A DNA stretch of 63,988 nt, counting the filler, from Diploschistes diacapsis (Eukaryota): NCBI GenBank assembly GCA_023645945.1. It is 5 parts of 5 records of this genome, joined end to end, with 100 filler letters (N's around TTAATTAATTAA, not from the genome) between each part and the next. Parts side by side here need not be neighbours in the genome. Positions count along the whole stretch, not along the records: positions 25,492 to 56,880 come from JALAIB010000116.1; 4 more parts are not named here. The stretch is one strand, 5' to 3'. Positions 37,502-49,848 of the stretch are shown here, piece by piece. The translations under genes were made by a program, and so were the position numbers. Under the pieces are notes generated by a model, which saw only the letters and a program-made list of their open reading frames with translations, ran no database searches and was not told the DNA's origin. The stretch's first letter is position 1, and every line of letters starts with the position of its first letter.

Positions 37502-39850
37502 AGAGGGAGACGATGAGAGAGAGATGGTGGGGGGATGTACGATGGCTTTCCGATACGAATCATGGATAATGTAGCTCGATCAAGCCCAAACATCTTTCTG
37601 AGGAGAGCTTCGTCATCCTTTGGTGCGTAATGTTTGCCCCAAATCGGCCAGTTTGCCTGCTCTTATGACACATATATGTATCTGCGAGAATTGCTCGCAC
37701 GACCCCTAAATATTTGTGATCTCTTACCTAGACACTTACCACATTGTTGCCGTTAAGGCAATATTAATAATCGTTTGCATACCAAATACCTCTTTCCACC
37801 AACTTTATGCCTACACAAGCGCTCAGAGGATGCTTCTGATTAACAAAAAATAAACCTGAAACACTTGAAGCTCAATCTGAGTTTTCAGATTAAGATTTAT
37901 AATAGACCTGAAGGAACCTCTTCGAGCTCTTGGTCGGGGAAAAAGTGTTGGCGGTAGAGATATTCCCTGTGCAAACTATTATTTGAGATCGCCTATCCTT
38001 GTACTTATCCCCCTAAACATAGCCCAAAACGAAAGATAAGACCTCAGACACCTCTGTTACCTTTTTCACATCAGCCTCAATCCCCGAGGAAGGAACTGGC
38101 GTATCAGAAGATCAGGTGGAACCCATCATCGGTCCAATGCAAAATTGATTTCTCGTTCCCTCTGTTGTTGCATTTGATAGGCCGCCCCTGAAGCTTCTTA
38201 TAGAAAGCTATGTTCCTTGTTACGACCCTGTGACGGACTGCCGCCACACCACTCGTTTACAAGTTTTCTAGAAGTTGTGGTTAGCCTGTCTGCTTAGCTC
38301 ATGCCAACGTGTTTGTCTCTCATCGGAAAAGGGTGGGGTGGGGCAAGCTCGCCAACACCAAGCTCTGCGATCAAAGGTATGCGGGTGCCTTTAAAGGGTA
38401 AGAAAAGGAATGGAAGAGGAGGCAATAAGAGTAGAAGTGGAATCGAGCAGCCTAAAAGCATGAAGATCTCCCGAAGCCTCTGCAGTCAGATCATCACCAT
38501 TTCTGTCCTGGATCTGGGTGCAAAACAATTGGCTCATCCCTTGAGCTTTGGCTACATCCTGATAGCCTTGTAGTCATTGGAATGCAACCTCAAAAGCTCA
38601 CTTAGAGTTAGATGATCTGACTCATATTTGGGCTTCTTTTTCCGAATCGAGGCGTATATAAAAGGCCCGAAACGTGCTCGAAGCGTTCTCGAAGCGTTCT
38701 CAAAACTTTCCGTACTATTGAACCAGAAATACAAAGCTGAAGGTGGACGCTGTTAAACGCTTTGATGGTCGTTGATTTCCGCCCTTGGATGGGGATAGAG
38801 GAAGTGTGATTGGAATGAGATAGGGGAACGTACCTGTTATGTGCGTATGATGTTGGGAGAAGGTGTGGGGGGATGCTCAGCTTAAATACTGCAGACACAC
38901 TGACAGAGTATGTGAGTCAAGCTGTCACGTGCTAGAATGGAGCCAACCTGGAACTTGAGGGTTATCCTCCGTTCAATTGTAGAGGTAGAGAGACTACTAG
39001 TCCATATGTATTCACAGCTTCATATACCTGCATACGGCTTTGGAGGCTCTTCCCTTGTACGCCTTGCTTTTCTTTCACGGTCTACCTCTACCACCTTGCG
39101 AAAGTCTGGCCTGTATCTGAGCCGAACATTGTGTCCTGGTATATCTGCCATCACAATTGGAGAAGCTAGGACAAGATTGGTATACTTGTGTAATTGAAAA
39201 GAAGCGGGCTACAGAAGTTGCAATCACATATCAGTCTCAACAACTCGGGACACTGATTGACTATGGGGTTGACATCAGTTCCTTGAAGCAGCGAGGAAAG
39301 CACCAAGCTAAGTTTGGCTAAGTTAAGCTGACTAGACCTACGCTAGAAATCTAGTCACTTCAACAGATTAATGCGCGTAAGAAATGCACAGTCCTACCCT
39401 AGCCCTGTCTCGAGAAGAAAGAATCGATCGTGCGACAGCGACCGTATGGTGCTTTCTTTAACTACGATAGCTGCGGCATCTAGAACAGTCGAGATAGTGT
39501 GAGCGCATGAGCTTCGTTATGTGCCTTTGCTGCGTAAATTTGCTGGTGAGCTGCTGAGTCCTAGTTGGTTTTCGTAACCTCGTTAAGTAGAGTTCACGGT
39601 AGGGAAAGGAACCTAACTTTCAGATATATCCACAACACTGCGACTTCACATGTAACATGCATCCCTCACGGGGATATTTTATAGTATTTATAATACTTGA
39701 AGGAAGATCCCAGTGCTTTGCTGTGCAAGCCTCATAGGAAAATTTCCCAAAACCTGTGGATACTGGGAAAGGTAGAGTTCCACCAAGACGGAGAAAGAGA
39801 AAATCGTAAATGCATGACGTTGGACCAGCTTCAAAGTCCAACTAGCCTCG

Positions 39851-42629
39851 TTAAGCCCCTGCAACACCTGATGTGCTCTGCTGACTGGCGTCCGGATAGA
39901 ACCATGCTGCTACCGCGATGATTGTGTAGGCTGCCATGAGCAGAGAGCCTTCCAGATAATTGCTCCGGCCGTCAAGAACGAGAAAGTTGACAATGAATGC
40001 CGAGACGAATAATGTCATCGTTTCGAACAAAGTGAACAGGAGACTCATGTCACGGCCGAGTATCCAGCCCAGTAGAACAATGACTGGGGTGACGAAAAGA
40101 GCAATCTGCGGAACGGTCAGTCAATCCAGGACGAGAGCCCGTAAAACACTCACTTGGATACTTGAACCAACAGCTACACCTATCGCAAGATCCATCTTGT
40201 TCTTCGTTGCAACGGTTACGGCAGTAACGTGTTCGGCTGCGTTGCCCACAATTGGTAAAAGGATCAGACCTATAAATACCTCACTGATATTTGTAGTTGC
40301 CACCATATAGTTTATGCTACCAACCAAAAATTCCGCACAAAGGGCGACAAGGCCTGTGACTATGAGGAGGAGGACGATTGCGGCTGTTCTAGACATATGT
40401 GGTTTCTTGTTCTTGTTGTCGTCTGTATTAATGAAGTCTTCGGAAGCGTCAACGCTAGTTGCATGTTGTAACGGAGAATGCCCGGCTGGAACGGACTGGG
40501 ATCGATTCAAACGATCTGGCAAAGACGAAGTCCGTCGAAGACCGTACGGTGCCCTAGGGACCGCTGGTATAGAGGGGGCAACAGCGGTTCTGGTGGGATT
40601 GGTTGTAGAAAAGACGGTGGAGCTCAGCACTTTTGGCATAGTAGGTCTAACACTACTAAGCGTCCGGATGTTGAACTGGCGACGAGGAGCGTCATTGGGC
40701 TGACATTGCGTCTCCTGTACGAAAGTAACTCGGGGCGATGGAGGAACTGTGATACGCTCTTCCGCAGCATGTTTGTCGTCTGGCTCGGGAGACGTGCCCT
40801 TGCGACTGCGCCGCTTCTTTTTGCTTTCCTTTTTTGACTTCTTTACGGTCCTCTGGCCTGGCACCGCCAAATCACCATTCGGGCTACCAAAATCCCGTCT
40901 GTGGATCCTTGAACCAAAACCTCCGAAATGAGCGGGTGTGTCATCATCGTCGGCCTCGTCACCACTGGCTATCACGCCCAGTTGATTTATTTGGCCGTCC
41001 TCGGCAGAACTGACAGGACCACTGATATTCGAAGGCGTCCTTAGGGTAGATGGTATCGATGGAGTATCCTTGGAGCTGGCACTGGACTTGCGCCTGCCGC
41101 GACGCCGCAATGCTCGTTTGATTCGCTTTGCTGTTGTATGAGAGCCAGAAGAACCCTCAGAATCATCACTACAAGAGCTGGAATCCGACGAAGACGAGGA
41201 GTTCAGCATTTCGGCGAGAACTCCGGGGCGAGACTCCTCGTCGATGACATGCTGGGGCGTACTTTCGTACATGTAGGCGTGCGACTTTAGCTGGAAGAGG
41301 AGGTACAAAACATAGACGAGCAAGAGGATGACGCTCGACCCTCGACTCAACTGAAGAACTGCGGCATCGGCCTGTGACTGGTTGTCGGTAGAGAAGACGG
41401 CATGGAACGCTGTGGGGAGCAAGAGGCTAGTAACGCTCAAACTGAGCAGACAGGCACTCATTTGCGTGACTGTACTATTGTAGATCTGCTCCCGAAACCT
41501 TAGGCCACCGAACAGAAAGGACATTCCCAGAATAAGAAGGAGGTTGGCCAGAATCGAGCCTACGAGAGAAGCCTGAACGATACGAATCTCATCCTTGACT
41601 AGGGCGATGATGAAGATGATGAGCTCAACCGCGTTACCGAAGGTGACATTGAGCAAAGCTCCAATGGTATCGCCTAGGGTGCAAGCGACGGCCTCCGTCG
41701 CGTGGGCCAGGAGTCCAGCAAGTGGAATTATGGCTAAAGCATTCATAGTAAACACAAGCACTGGGTTGAGGTTTGCGAACTGTGCAGCTATTCCAACGGG
41801 TACGAAGACCAGCAGCAAGTTGGACCAATTCGAGAGCAATGCATCCTTAGCATTTCTGTAGAATCTCATAGCAAGGTTCAGCTTCTTCCCGAGATCTAGG
41901 GCGGTAGACGTCTCTCCATCAGGAGCAGCTGCAGGAAGATTTGCCGAAGGCGGTAAAGTTGCCGCTGCTGCGCCAACAGCTGGCTGCGCTTCTTCATTTC
42001 CAAGAACGCCATGTTTGCCGGTCTTTTCCCGCAATTGCTTTTCCTCAGCGTGGCCGTTGCCTGTTGGATACTTGGTCACGGGATGGGTGGATGCGGAATC
42101 TGGTTTTTGCGAACCTAGTCTGAAGACATCTGCTATGGGGCGGATGCTATCATAGAAACTAGATGTACTGGAACTCTCAACCATAGGCGAGGAGTCAGAC
42201 TGCTGGGAACCTAAGGCACAAGAGATGTGGCAGTTAGTAAAATTGTGTTTTGTAACAAACACTAATGTGGAAGAAAGGAAGGAAGGCCAGAATGGAGAGA
42301 GGAAAGAGAAGATGAGGCTAAGGGCATCGTGATAAGAACTTGGAAGACGGCAGCTTCTGAGTAAGCGAAAACATCCAGCGGCAATCAGTCCGTCATTTGC
42401 CAAGAAAGTGCCAAGATTTGCCAAGAGCTATATCCTCCAGCGTATCTTAATTGTTAGTGCACTTGGTGGCTTTTTGCTATGATTGAACGGAGCTTGAAAG
42501 TGAGCATGCTAACAGTTGAGGTACGGTATTTGCTTGGTCTTGTACGTGGTTTCCTCACGCAAGCGGGCCTGTCGCGTGCTTCTACTGCAACTGCAGGCTA
42601 GCAAGGAGGAAAGACTTACGCAATTTCAT
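39851..42629 (-). CDS. Ca2+/H+ exchanger (CAX/Vcx1 family) with a long cytosolic loop
   Basis: Alpha repeats LNVTFGNAVE and IVGNAAEH, AVGSSIQ/IALFVTP, DGRSNYLEG. Putative first micro-exon MKL (42629-42620) joins in frame over a ~408-nt intron; start uncertain. Confidence 0.9.
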
Positions 42630-42768
42630 GGACACGCAATCCACACAACTTCAATTGATTGCCTCTATGTGCTCACGTGAATCAATCGAGATGGTAGATC
42701 GTGATAGGTTAAAGACTGCCTAACAGGGCTGACAACTTTAGGTTGTAGTAGTGGTCAACAACCTACAA

Positions 42769-42891
42769 CTAGCGCGATTGAAATGTTAGCACTTATACGC
42801 TAGTAAAACCCCACTTACCAGCTTAAATGTGAAGCCCAACCAATGCGATCTCTTTACTAAAGGCGAGAATCTAACATTTCAACCGCGCTAG
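42769..42891. repeat. 21-bp inverted repeat (1 mismatch) with 81-nt spacer; MITE-like
   Basis: CTAGCGCGATTGAAATGTTAG at 42769-42789 and CTAACATTTCAACCGCGCTAG at 42871-42891. Confidence 0.7.
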
Positions 42892-43032
42892 GGAAGGTAG
42901 GAAACTACTTAACTTAACTATGGCATGGGCTTATGTAACAGCCTATGGATGGTTATCCCTACATCTATCACTAGGGTTGTTTATCGCCGTCATGGATACT
43001 GGGTTCGAATGACTTGCGTTCAGCTATCTTTC

Positions 43033-45884
43033 CTAAGCCGAGTCTTCCCCGTCCAAGTCAGCAAAATCCTGACCCTCCTCATCCGAGTCACAGTATTCAG
43101 AGTCCACGTCAGCATAATCTCGATCCTCCTCATCCGAGCCAAAGTAATCCGACTCTTCACCGTCTGAATCTTCATAGTCCCTTGTCTCGCCATATATTTC
43201 GTCGTCGTCCATCAGTTCCTTACCGATCAGTTCTTCATTGATCGGCTCCTCATAAATCAATCCTTCATCCTCTTGTCCGGCATGGCTCAGCTCTTCTTCG
43301 TTTCTCCTCACGTCAGACCTTTTAAAATACTTATCAATCTTACCAGGTATACGCCTGTCGTTAGCCTTTGCCAAGTAAGCTTTTACAACTTTGATGAGCA
43401 TTTTTAACATCGGCGTCTGCCCTGTGGGCCTTGAGGACCAGTTCATGATCATCAGGGTACAGGCCGCCATATACACGGCTTAGGCATAAAGACATCTCTT
43501 CAGTCTTGATACCTAAGCTTCGCCTCAGCGTTGACCACCAGCTGATGGGATTATTGCCTGGCAATGGCTTAGGCGGTAAAAGGTCTTCCCGTCCGGCTAG
43601 CTTTAGACCATTAGCCAGGATTGCATAGTCAACATTCGAGATGCCCCAGGCAAGCAACAATGTAAGTTTCCCGTGTTTCTAACACAGCGTTAGCTCGAGG
43701 TTGATTGACCAAACAGACCAATTCTTACCTTGACGTAGGCATCGATTTGATCTGCCATCTCTGCCCAAGTAAGACCTGGGGTAACGCATTCTAGATCAGT
43801 ACTGCCATAAAATCCGAGAACTTTATGATCCCATATACTACGGAATCGTCTAGGTCAAAAATTTAGCAGGTACATAGATGGCTGAAGAGGTAGCAATGTC
43901 TTCTCGGAAAGGGTTAAGCTAAGTTGGAAATACTACTTACTTATCTTTCAATAGATTCCCTTCCTTCAGCATTGATCTGGTTGAGACGTTGTAATTGATC
44001 GTCGTGTTGATAATGCATTCGCCGTTGAAGTTCGACATTGCTATTTCAAACGGAAGCTTAGAATGGCCAGGGAAAAGCATACTGGACTGGCCAGCCAAGA
44101 ATTCAAAGTCGATAACCACTGTGTTTAATGGGGTTTGCGTGGGAGCTTTGCGGATGGAGTCCACACCAGGAGCAACCGGAAAAGGAAGAGCAGGTGAAAG
44201 GACCCTCCGAATTACCTCGGGGCCCCAAGTCTTTGCATAGGGCTGGAGGTGAGACGTGTTAATGCATTCTCCCTTGTGCTCTTCGACTTTGTCAAGTGGA
44301 AATCTTTTGCGACAATTTGAATTCCTGCACCGCCAGGTCGAGCAGTCTTGCAAATGCTTGTCATACTGATTTATCAGAATTGGGTAGTCGAATTGTTCGC
44401 AGAGCCTAAACTGGCAATGCTGCACGTGTTGAGCCAGTTCGTCTTCATCGAACTTCTGGCGGCAAGATGGACAGGGCAACACAGAACAAGCTGCAATATG
44501 TTCCAGCTGCTGGGAATTGGGTATGCCTCTCTTGCGGCAATGCGTACAGTGCCAGAATGTACACTCGCTGTAATGTGCTTCTTTGGATCCTCGAAACACT
44601 TCATGCAACAACTGCATCGATGCTTGTTGCATTTGGCACGATGCTGTTTCCCTTGTTCCATTGACATACTTCCTACAACCGGAGCAATAGAACCACTGTC
44701 CATCGCATTTGGAAAGATGCTCTTCCTTTGTTTCGTTAACATACTTCCTGCAAGCTCGGCAATAATAAGAATTGCATTTTGCAAGATGAACCTCCCTAGG
44801 TTCTAGTGGACGTTTACCACACTTCGGGCATTTATACCTAATGCACCTTGCATAATGTTCCTTTCCCGTTTCCGTTTTGATGTATTTGCCACAACGATTG
44901 CATTTAAAGCTCGTGCATTCGGCAAGATGCTCCTCCTTTGATTCTTTTGGACGGCCATCGCATCCGGCGCATCTGTAGGGGATACTGTAATGTGCATAAT
45001 GTGATTCCTTTGATTCTGTTCTTATGTGTTTTTGGCAACGACCACAACAAAAAGTCGTGCATGCTGCCCTATGAACTTACATCGATCCATGTTGTCGTAT
45101 ACCGCATTGAGGGCATTGTGGTAACAATTTCTGAGGTTGTGCGGGACGATACTTGGCCTTTTCCTTCTTTGGACATTTTGCATAATGCTCTTCTTTGCTT
45201 TCCGTTGTTATGTATTTCTTGCAACGACTGCATCTGAAAGCAGTACATTTCGCCTTATGAATCTCTATCGGATCTGTTGTCCGTAAACCGCACCAGTTGC
45301 ATACTGTTTTAGGAATAGGAGGGTTGGATTTTCGCTCGGTTCTTTTCTGGGCTAATCGCTGGGGGTCAGGCTGGGGACATTTTGCATAATGCTCTGCTTT
45401 GCTTTCCGTCTTTATGCTCTTCCAGCAACGACTACATCTGAAAGCAGTGCATGTTGCCTTATGGGCTTCCATCGATCCTGATACCCGTTTCTGGCACTGA
45501 GAGCATTGTTTCTTGGATTTGGAGGCAGGACGCTTGGAATTTTGCTGGGAGGAAGGCTCTGATCTGCCGAGTGAACTGGGACCAATCGATGTATCCGATT
45601 GTCGTTCTTGTTCTGAATCCAACGGGTCTTCGACTTCAGAACCGGACTCATCCTTGGACTCAACATAGCTGATCTTTGTTTTCTTGCGCAGTCGACGACG
45701 CTGATCAGGTTCTTCTTCTAACCCTTCGTCTTCTTCGCCTTCCGTGGTTGAGAGAAGCTTTCGTTTCCGAATTGGTCTATATTTGGGACTGTGTTAGAGC
45801 TAAAAAAAAGATTTCACGGGGTACATTACTTTCTTCGATGGATGGAGCCTTCTGCATGTTCCTGGTTGCTTTACCTGAAGGCAT
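43033..45884 (-). pseudogene. Tandem C2HC zinc-finger array fused to a DEDDh 3'-5' exonuclease, disrupted
   Basis: About 16 CxxC-x(9-11)-HxxxC units; ExoI VIDFEF, ExoII-like WGISNVDY, ExoIII AHRADADV; acidic tail. Lesions: T8 shift ~45805, TAA at 45077-45079, compensating shifts ~44650/44600, A-run shift ~43403. Confidence 0.8.
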
Positions 45885-46603
45885 GTCTTGCAAGCTTTCA
45901 GATCTTGGTAAGGTACAGGCCTTGTTGCTGATTCACAGATATCTGAAGGCCAGGTAGACGACACAGAAGAATAGAAAAACAGAAGGCAGTAAGCGAGATG
46001 GAGGAGCAGTCAGTATTGGAGAGTGAGATACAGAGATCAGAGTGGTCTCATGGGTTAATATCAAGTGAAGAACAGGCCAAAAAAAAGGCGGTTGAGGTAA
46101 CCCAGGCGAAGTGTTTATGCTCTGTATCTTCGGCTTAAGAAAAGAAAGAGTGGTGAAGATAGGAATCAAGTAGGTTTTATATTGGGCAAGAAACATAAGT
46201 TTGTGTACATGTGTAGAAGGTGTTAAACCCTCTGATAGACGTACCTTGATTTGCCGTTGCTTGGGTTCTACCTCGTGTTTTTTAGAGCCAGGATGTCTAT
46301 GGCAGCACTACACTTTTCTTTATGTCTCTCCTTGCACGATGCTCTTTCATTGAATAATCACAAAACATTTTATTCTTTCTCGCTTGAACGAGAGGCTGTT
46401 AAGCAATGGCTGTACAAGCACAGGAAGCTCCTCCATCAGCTGCTAGGCAAGCTTCTAAGATATCTGTTTGATAAGAAAGGTCAAGCTCAACTTTTGCTTC
46501 CTGTCATCTCATTGTGCCAATCATGTATTATTGTCTGTTCCTTCCGCATAAGGTACCTTCCGGCTCGCTGAGCAGCAAAATCCCTGTGGTTTGTATCGTT
46601 CAT

Positions 46604-47480
46604 CTATTTGATGTGCATGACAGCAGCGGCTAGATCGGCAAGGGCCTCGCGGCGTTTGTAGCGAGCGTCTTCAATGACACCTAAAGTTAAGCTATTAGCT
46701 TTCTTTTATTTGAAAAAAGGTGACGTTGTTCGAGAGAAAAGCAACTGAAAGGTTCCCTCTCTGGTCAAGAAAAGCTTTCATAGCGCTTGATTGGCTCCTA
46801 TAATTCGGCAGGAGTAGGTGGCGTACAATATGGCTTTCGATTTCCATACTGATTCAATACAAGTATCACTCCCTCGGTCAACATCACCAGGGGGCTCAGC
46901 ACTATCAAGAGAGCATAGAAGAAGTTAACAGAGAAGTCGCACATACCAGCATCAGCATCCGAACTAAAGTTCCCCGTCCAGGTAACAAAGGTACTTCCTT
47001 CCTTTTCCCCACTCGTGACAGCATAGCACCTGATTGTGCTCACAACACTTGTGTAACTCAGTGCTGGCTCAGAGGAGATTACACTGTAAGTAATGTAGTG
47101 GTCGATGGCCTAGTATCCAGTCAGTCCATATCTAGGCATATCTTCTCCTTTGTTTCGCCTCCCAGCCCCCCTTCCTCCCTACTTTCTATACAAAATACTC
47201 GAGCTTAAGGTCTAGGATCTGTACCCTCAGAGAAGAATAAGCTCACCGAGTGCTCCTCCTGCTTGACCTCATTCACAGTACCATCCTTAAAGTGCCACCT
47301 CACAATATCCGTCTCCGGGCTCACTCCCTTGACCGTTTCTGCTTTGGACAACGCCTTCCAGAACTCAGGAAAGCTCGAAAGCTTGATCAGGTGCCACACC
47401 CTCGCCAACGGGGCAGAGATGACGGCGCTCTCGGAGACTGTCGTTGAGGTGGGAATCCTGGCGTTTGAGTGGGAGGACAT
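46604..47480 (-). CDS. Bet v1-like / SRPBCC (polyketide cyclase-like) protein
   Basis: ESAVISAPLARVWHLIK...VRWHFKDG...EEHS/AIDHYITYSVISSEPALSYTSVVSTIR...TFVTWTGNFSSDADAG/VIEDARYKRREALADL; two introns. Confidence 0.85.
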
Positions 47481-48065
47481 TATTGCTGATCTTGTGAACT
47501 GGAGCCTACAGACTATGCCTTTGGATTGATTGGAAATTAGAGTAAAGAATTGAAGGTAATTGAAGATTCAGAGTTGAAGGATTGCAAAGTAGAGCTTTAA
47601 CAGGAGCAATCAGTCAGACGTCATCAGGAGCAGTCTTGGTGGGGCAACTGTCACTATCAAACCAGGAACGCTGCAAGAATCAAAGATTTGGAATGATAGA
47701 CTCAATATTTGCCAGTTCCTAGCAGAAGAGGGCGTCCTCGAGTCGCGTCCTTGAGCTGAGCGAAAAGCAGAACTGCTCTGTCATGGTGGCTATGGAGCAC
47801 ACGGAACGCTTGCTATTCCCTGTAGAGCTTCAGCGACTTACAGGACTACGTTCCCCATTGGAGACGAGTACTTTAGCGGCATAAAAGGCCTGCACCTGTC
47901 GCCCACGACAGGGTAATGATGGTTCAAGCTCCCTTTGCTTTTATAGGCTGCTTGCCATCTTCACAATGCTGATAGAGCTGCCGAACTATGGTACAATCTC
48001 TTCCCCAATATTTACACTCAGTACTAATCCAGACATCCAACCAATTCAACATCAGTCGTTCATAG

Positions 48066-49063
48066 TCACCGAGAATAGTACGCATTTACCGCCGTGCATG
48101 CCCACCCCGCCACACAGACCGCACCCCCATCCATCCCTGTCCACCGCACTGTCCGTATTTTGGCACCGTCCCCACTTCCGACCCAGCAGCCGCCATCGTC
48201 GTCGCGGCCGGCATCATCTTGGCAGCCGCTGGGCTTCGCCTTGGCTGTAGTCGTGGGCGCCATGCTGTTCTTGGTTGTGGTAGCCGATGAGGATCCGCTG
48301 GGCCCAATGGCACCGCATGATTGTGCTGGTACATCACCGCACGTCGCCACGCGACCGCGGGGACCAGTGAACGTGCTAATCCCGAAGCCGTTGTAGAAGT
48401 TGGAGATATATATATCTGCGTCGAGGCTATGGTAGTAACCCGAGAGCTGGATTTGGGGCTTGCATATTCCGCCTGGACCAGTAATGTAATGCGCAGCTGG
48501 GCGCAGCCGATATAGAATTGCGTTCCGTCGATTTCCTCTGACACATGCAAGGCCTCCATTTCGGAACGGAGGAGATAGTCACCAGGTGCAAGGTTCGTGG
48601 GCAGCTTAAAGGGTAGGGCATGTTCTGAGCCTTCATGATCTGGTTAGCCCACTCGCCGTTCTTGTCGTCGAACTCGTTGATTTTAGGCCAGGAGCTAATG
48701 CCAGTAGCCATGGATAGATTGGTGACAGGGCCGTAAATGAATTGGGTGATGGGACTGCCTGGGAGGAAGAGTCCCATCGCACTTCGATCGTGTCGTCAGC
48801 TGCCGTGGAGCAGGTTGCTACACCTGAGAGAACGATATTGCCATTCACGTTGCAGGTGATGTAGCCACTTGTCACGTCGGTCTACGAACGATTAATGTGC
48901 GCTAGTACTGTTACGATAGGAGACGTACCACAGGATTATTGCTGGGCGGTATACGAATGCAGATCTGATGTCCTGGCGAAACACCGTTGACCCAAAACTG
49001 ATGAAAGTCCTGATGGGCGGCAACCAAAGACGTGATTGATGCTGAGAGAAAGAGGGATCACAT
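48066..49063 (-). pseudogene. AA9 lytic polysaccharide monooxygenase with C-terminal CBM1, disrupted
   Basis: Signal peptide ending VAA-H(QDFHQFWVNG), R.P.SNNPV/TDVTS..ITCN, E..ALH....GTQFYIGCAQL, S/T linker, VPKYGQCGGQGW...C. Codon 2 is TGA and several frameshifts are present. Confidence 0.88.
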
Positions 49064-49848
49064 CTTGAAGGTGGCGAATATACCGACGGATTGAATTGGG
49101 GAAAATCGCACGGTCGAAACGAGCGGATTAACTGCGAATATGAAGGCAAAATAGAACACGCTGGGTTCGAGCCTGCGTTCCGATAATTGAACTTGTATTG
49201 TCTAGGAGGGTATTTGTCCATTCAATCGAGAAGTCTAGGATATAGTGCAACAGTCCTCGTGGGTTGGCCGTCAGACAAGGCGGTGGTGCCAATACAGCCT
49301 TCTGACTGGAGATTTACGATTCATGAGCAAGCATATGTCAGCACAGGGCAAGCATGAGACGTCTTTCTGGGCGGACACAGACCCATCCAGAACAGCTCAT
49401 TCTGACTTCGGGTCGGCGCCATGCTAGGTACCAAGCGGGTTACCATTCCTGTAAAGCATGCAGTATCTATCGCGAACATGTTGGAGATGAGTCTAAGGAA
49501 CGGGAAAAATGGGTGAAATAAATAAGTCACCATTCACAGTCTGATAAGTTAAGGGATTGATGGCGCGCGCAACCGATGCACTGGAAGATCAACCCGAAGA
49601 GATCAACAAAGTCGAAGATTAGATTAGATTAGATTATACCTGATTAGATGAACATTCGAATCTACGGATAAGATAAGATTAAGTTACATCGCGGGGAAGC
49701 TCCGTTTGATGTAACAGTTCACTTGACCGTTCTGCAATCACGTCTCAATTAGAGCCTCGCTCCCGTACGTTCAATAAATAAAACACAGGTAACCACATTG
49801 AACCTATAGACCCTGAGCCATAAATCGCCTCCCTATTTGTCGACCACA

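Noticed and set aside
44300..45520. Spaced DNA repeats resembling an array (CATAATGCTC...CTTTCCG)
   Set aside because: Explained by the coding zinc-finger repeats; not CRISPR-like.
49155..49185. GGTTCGAGCC B-box-like motif as a tRNA
   Set aside because: No cloverleaf or A-box could be built around it.
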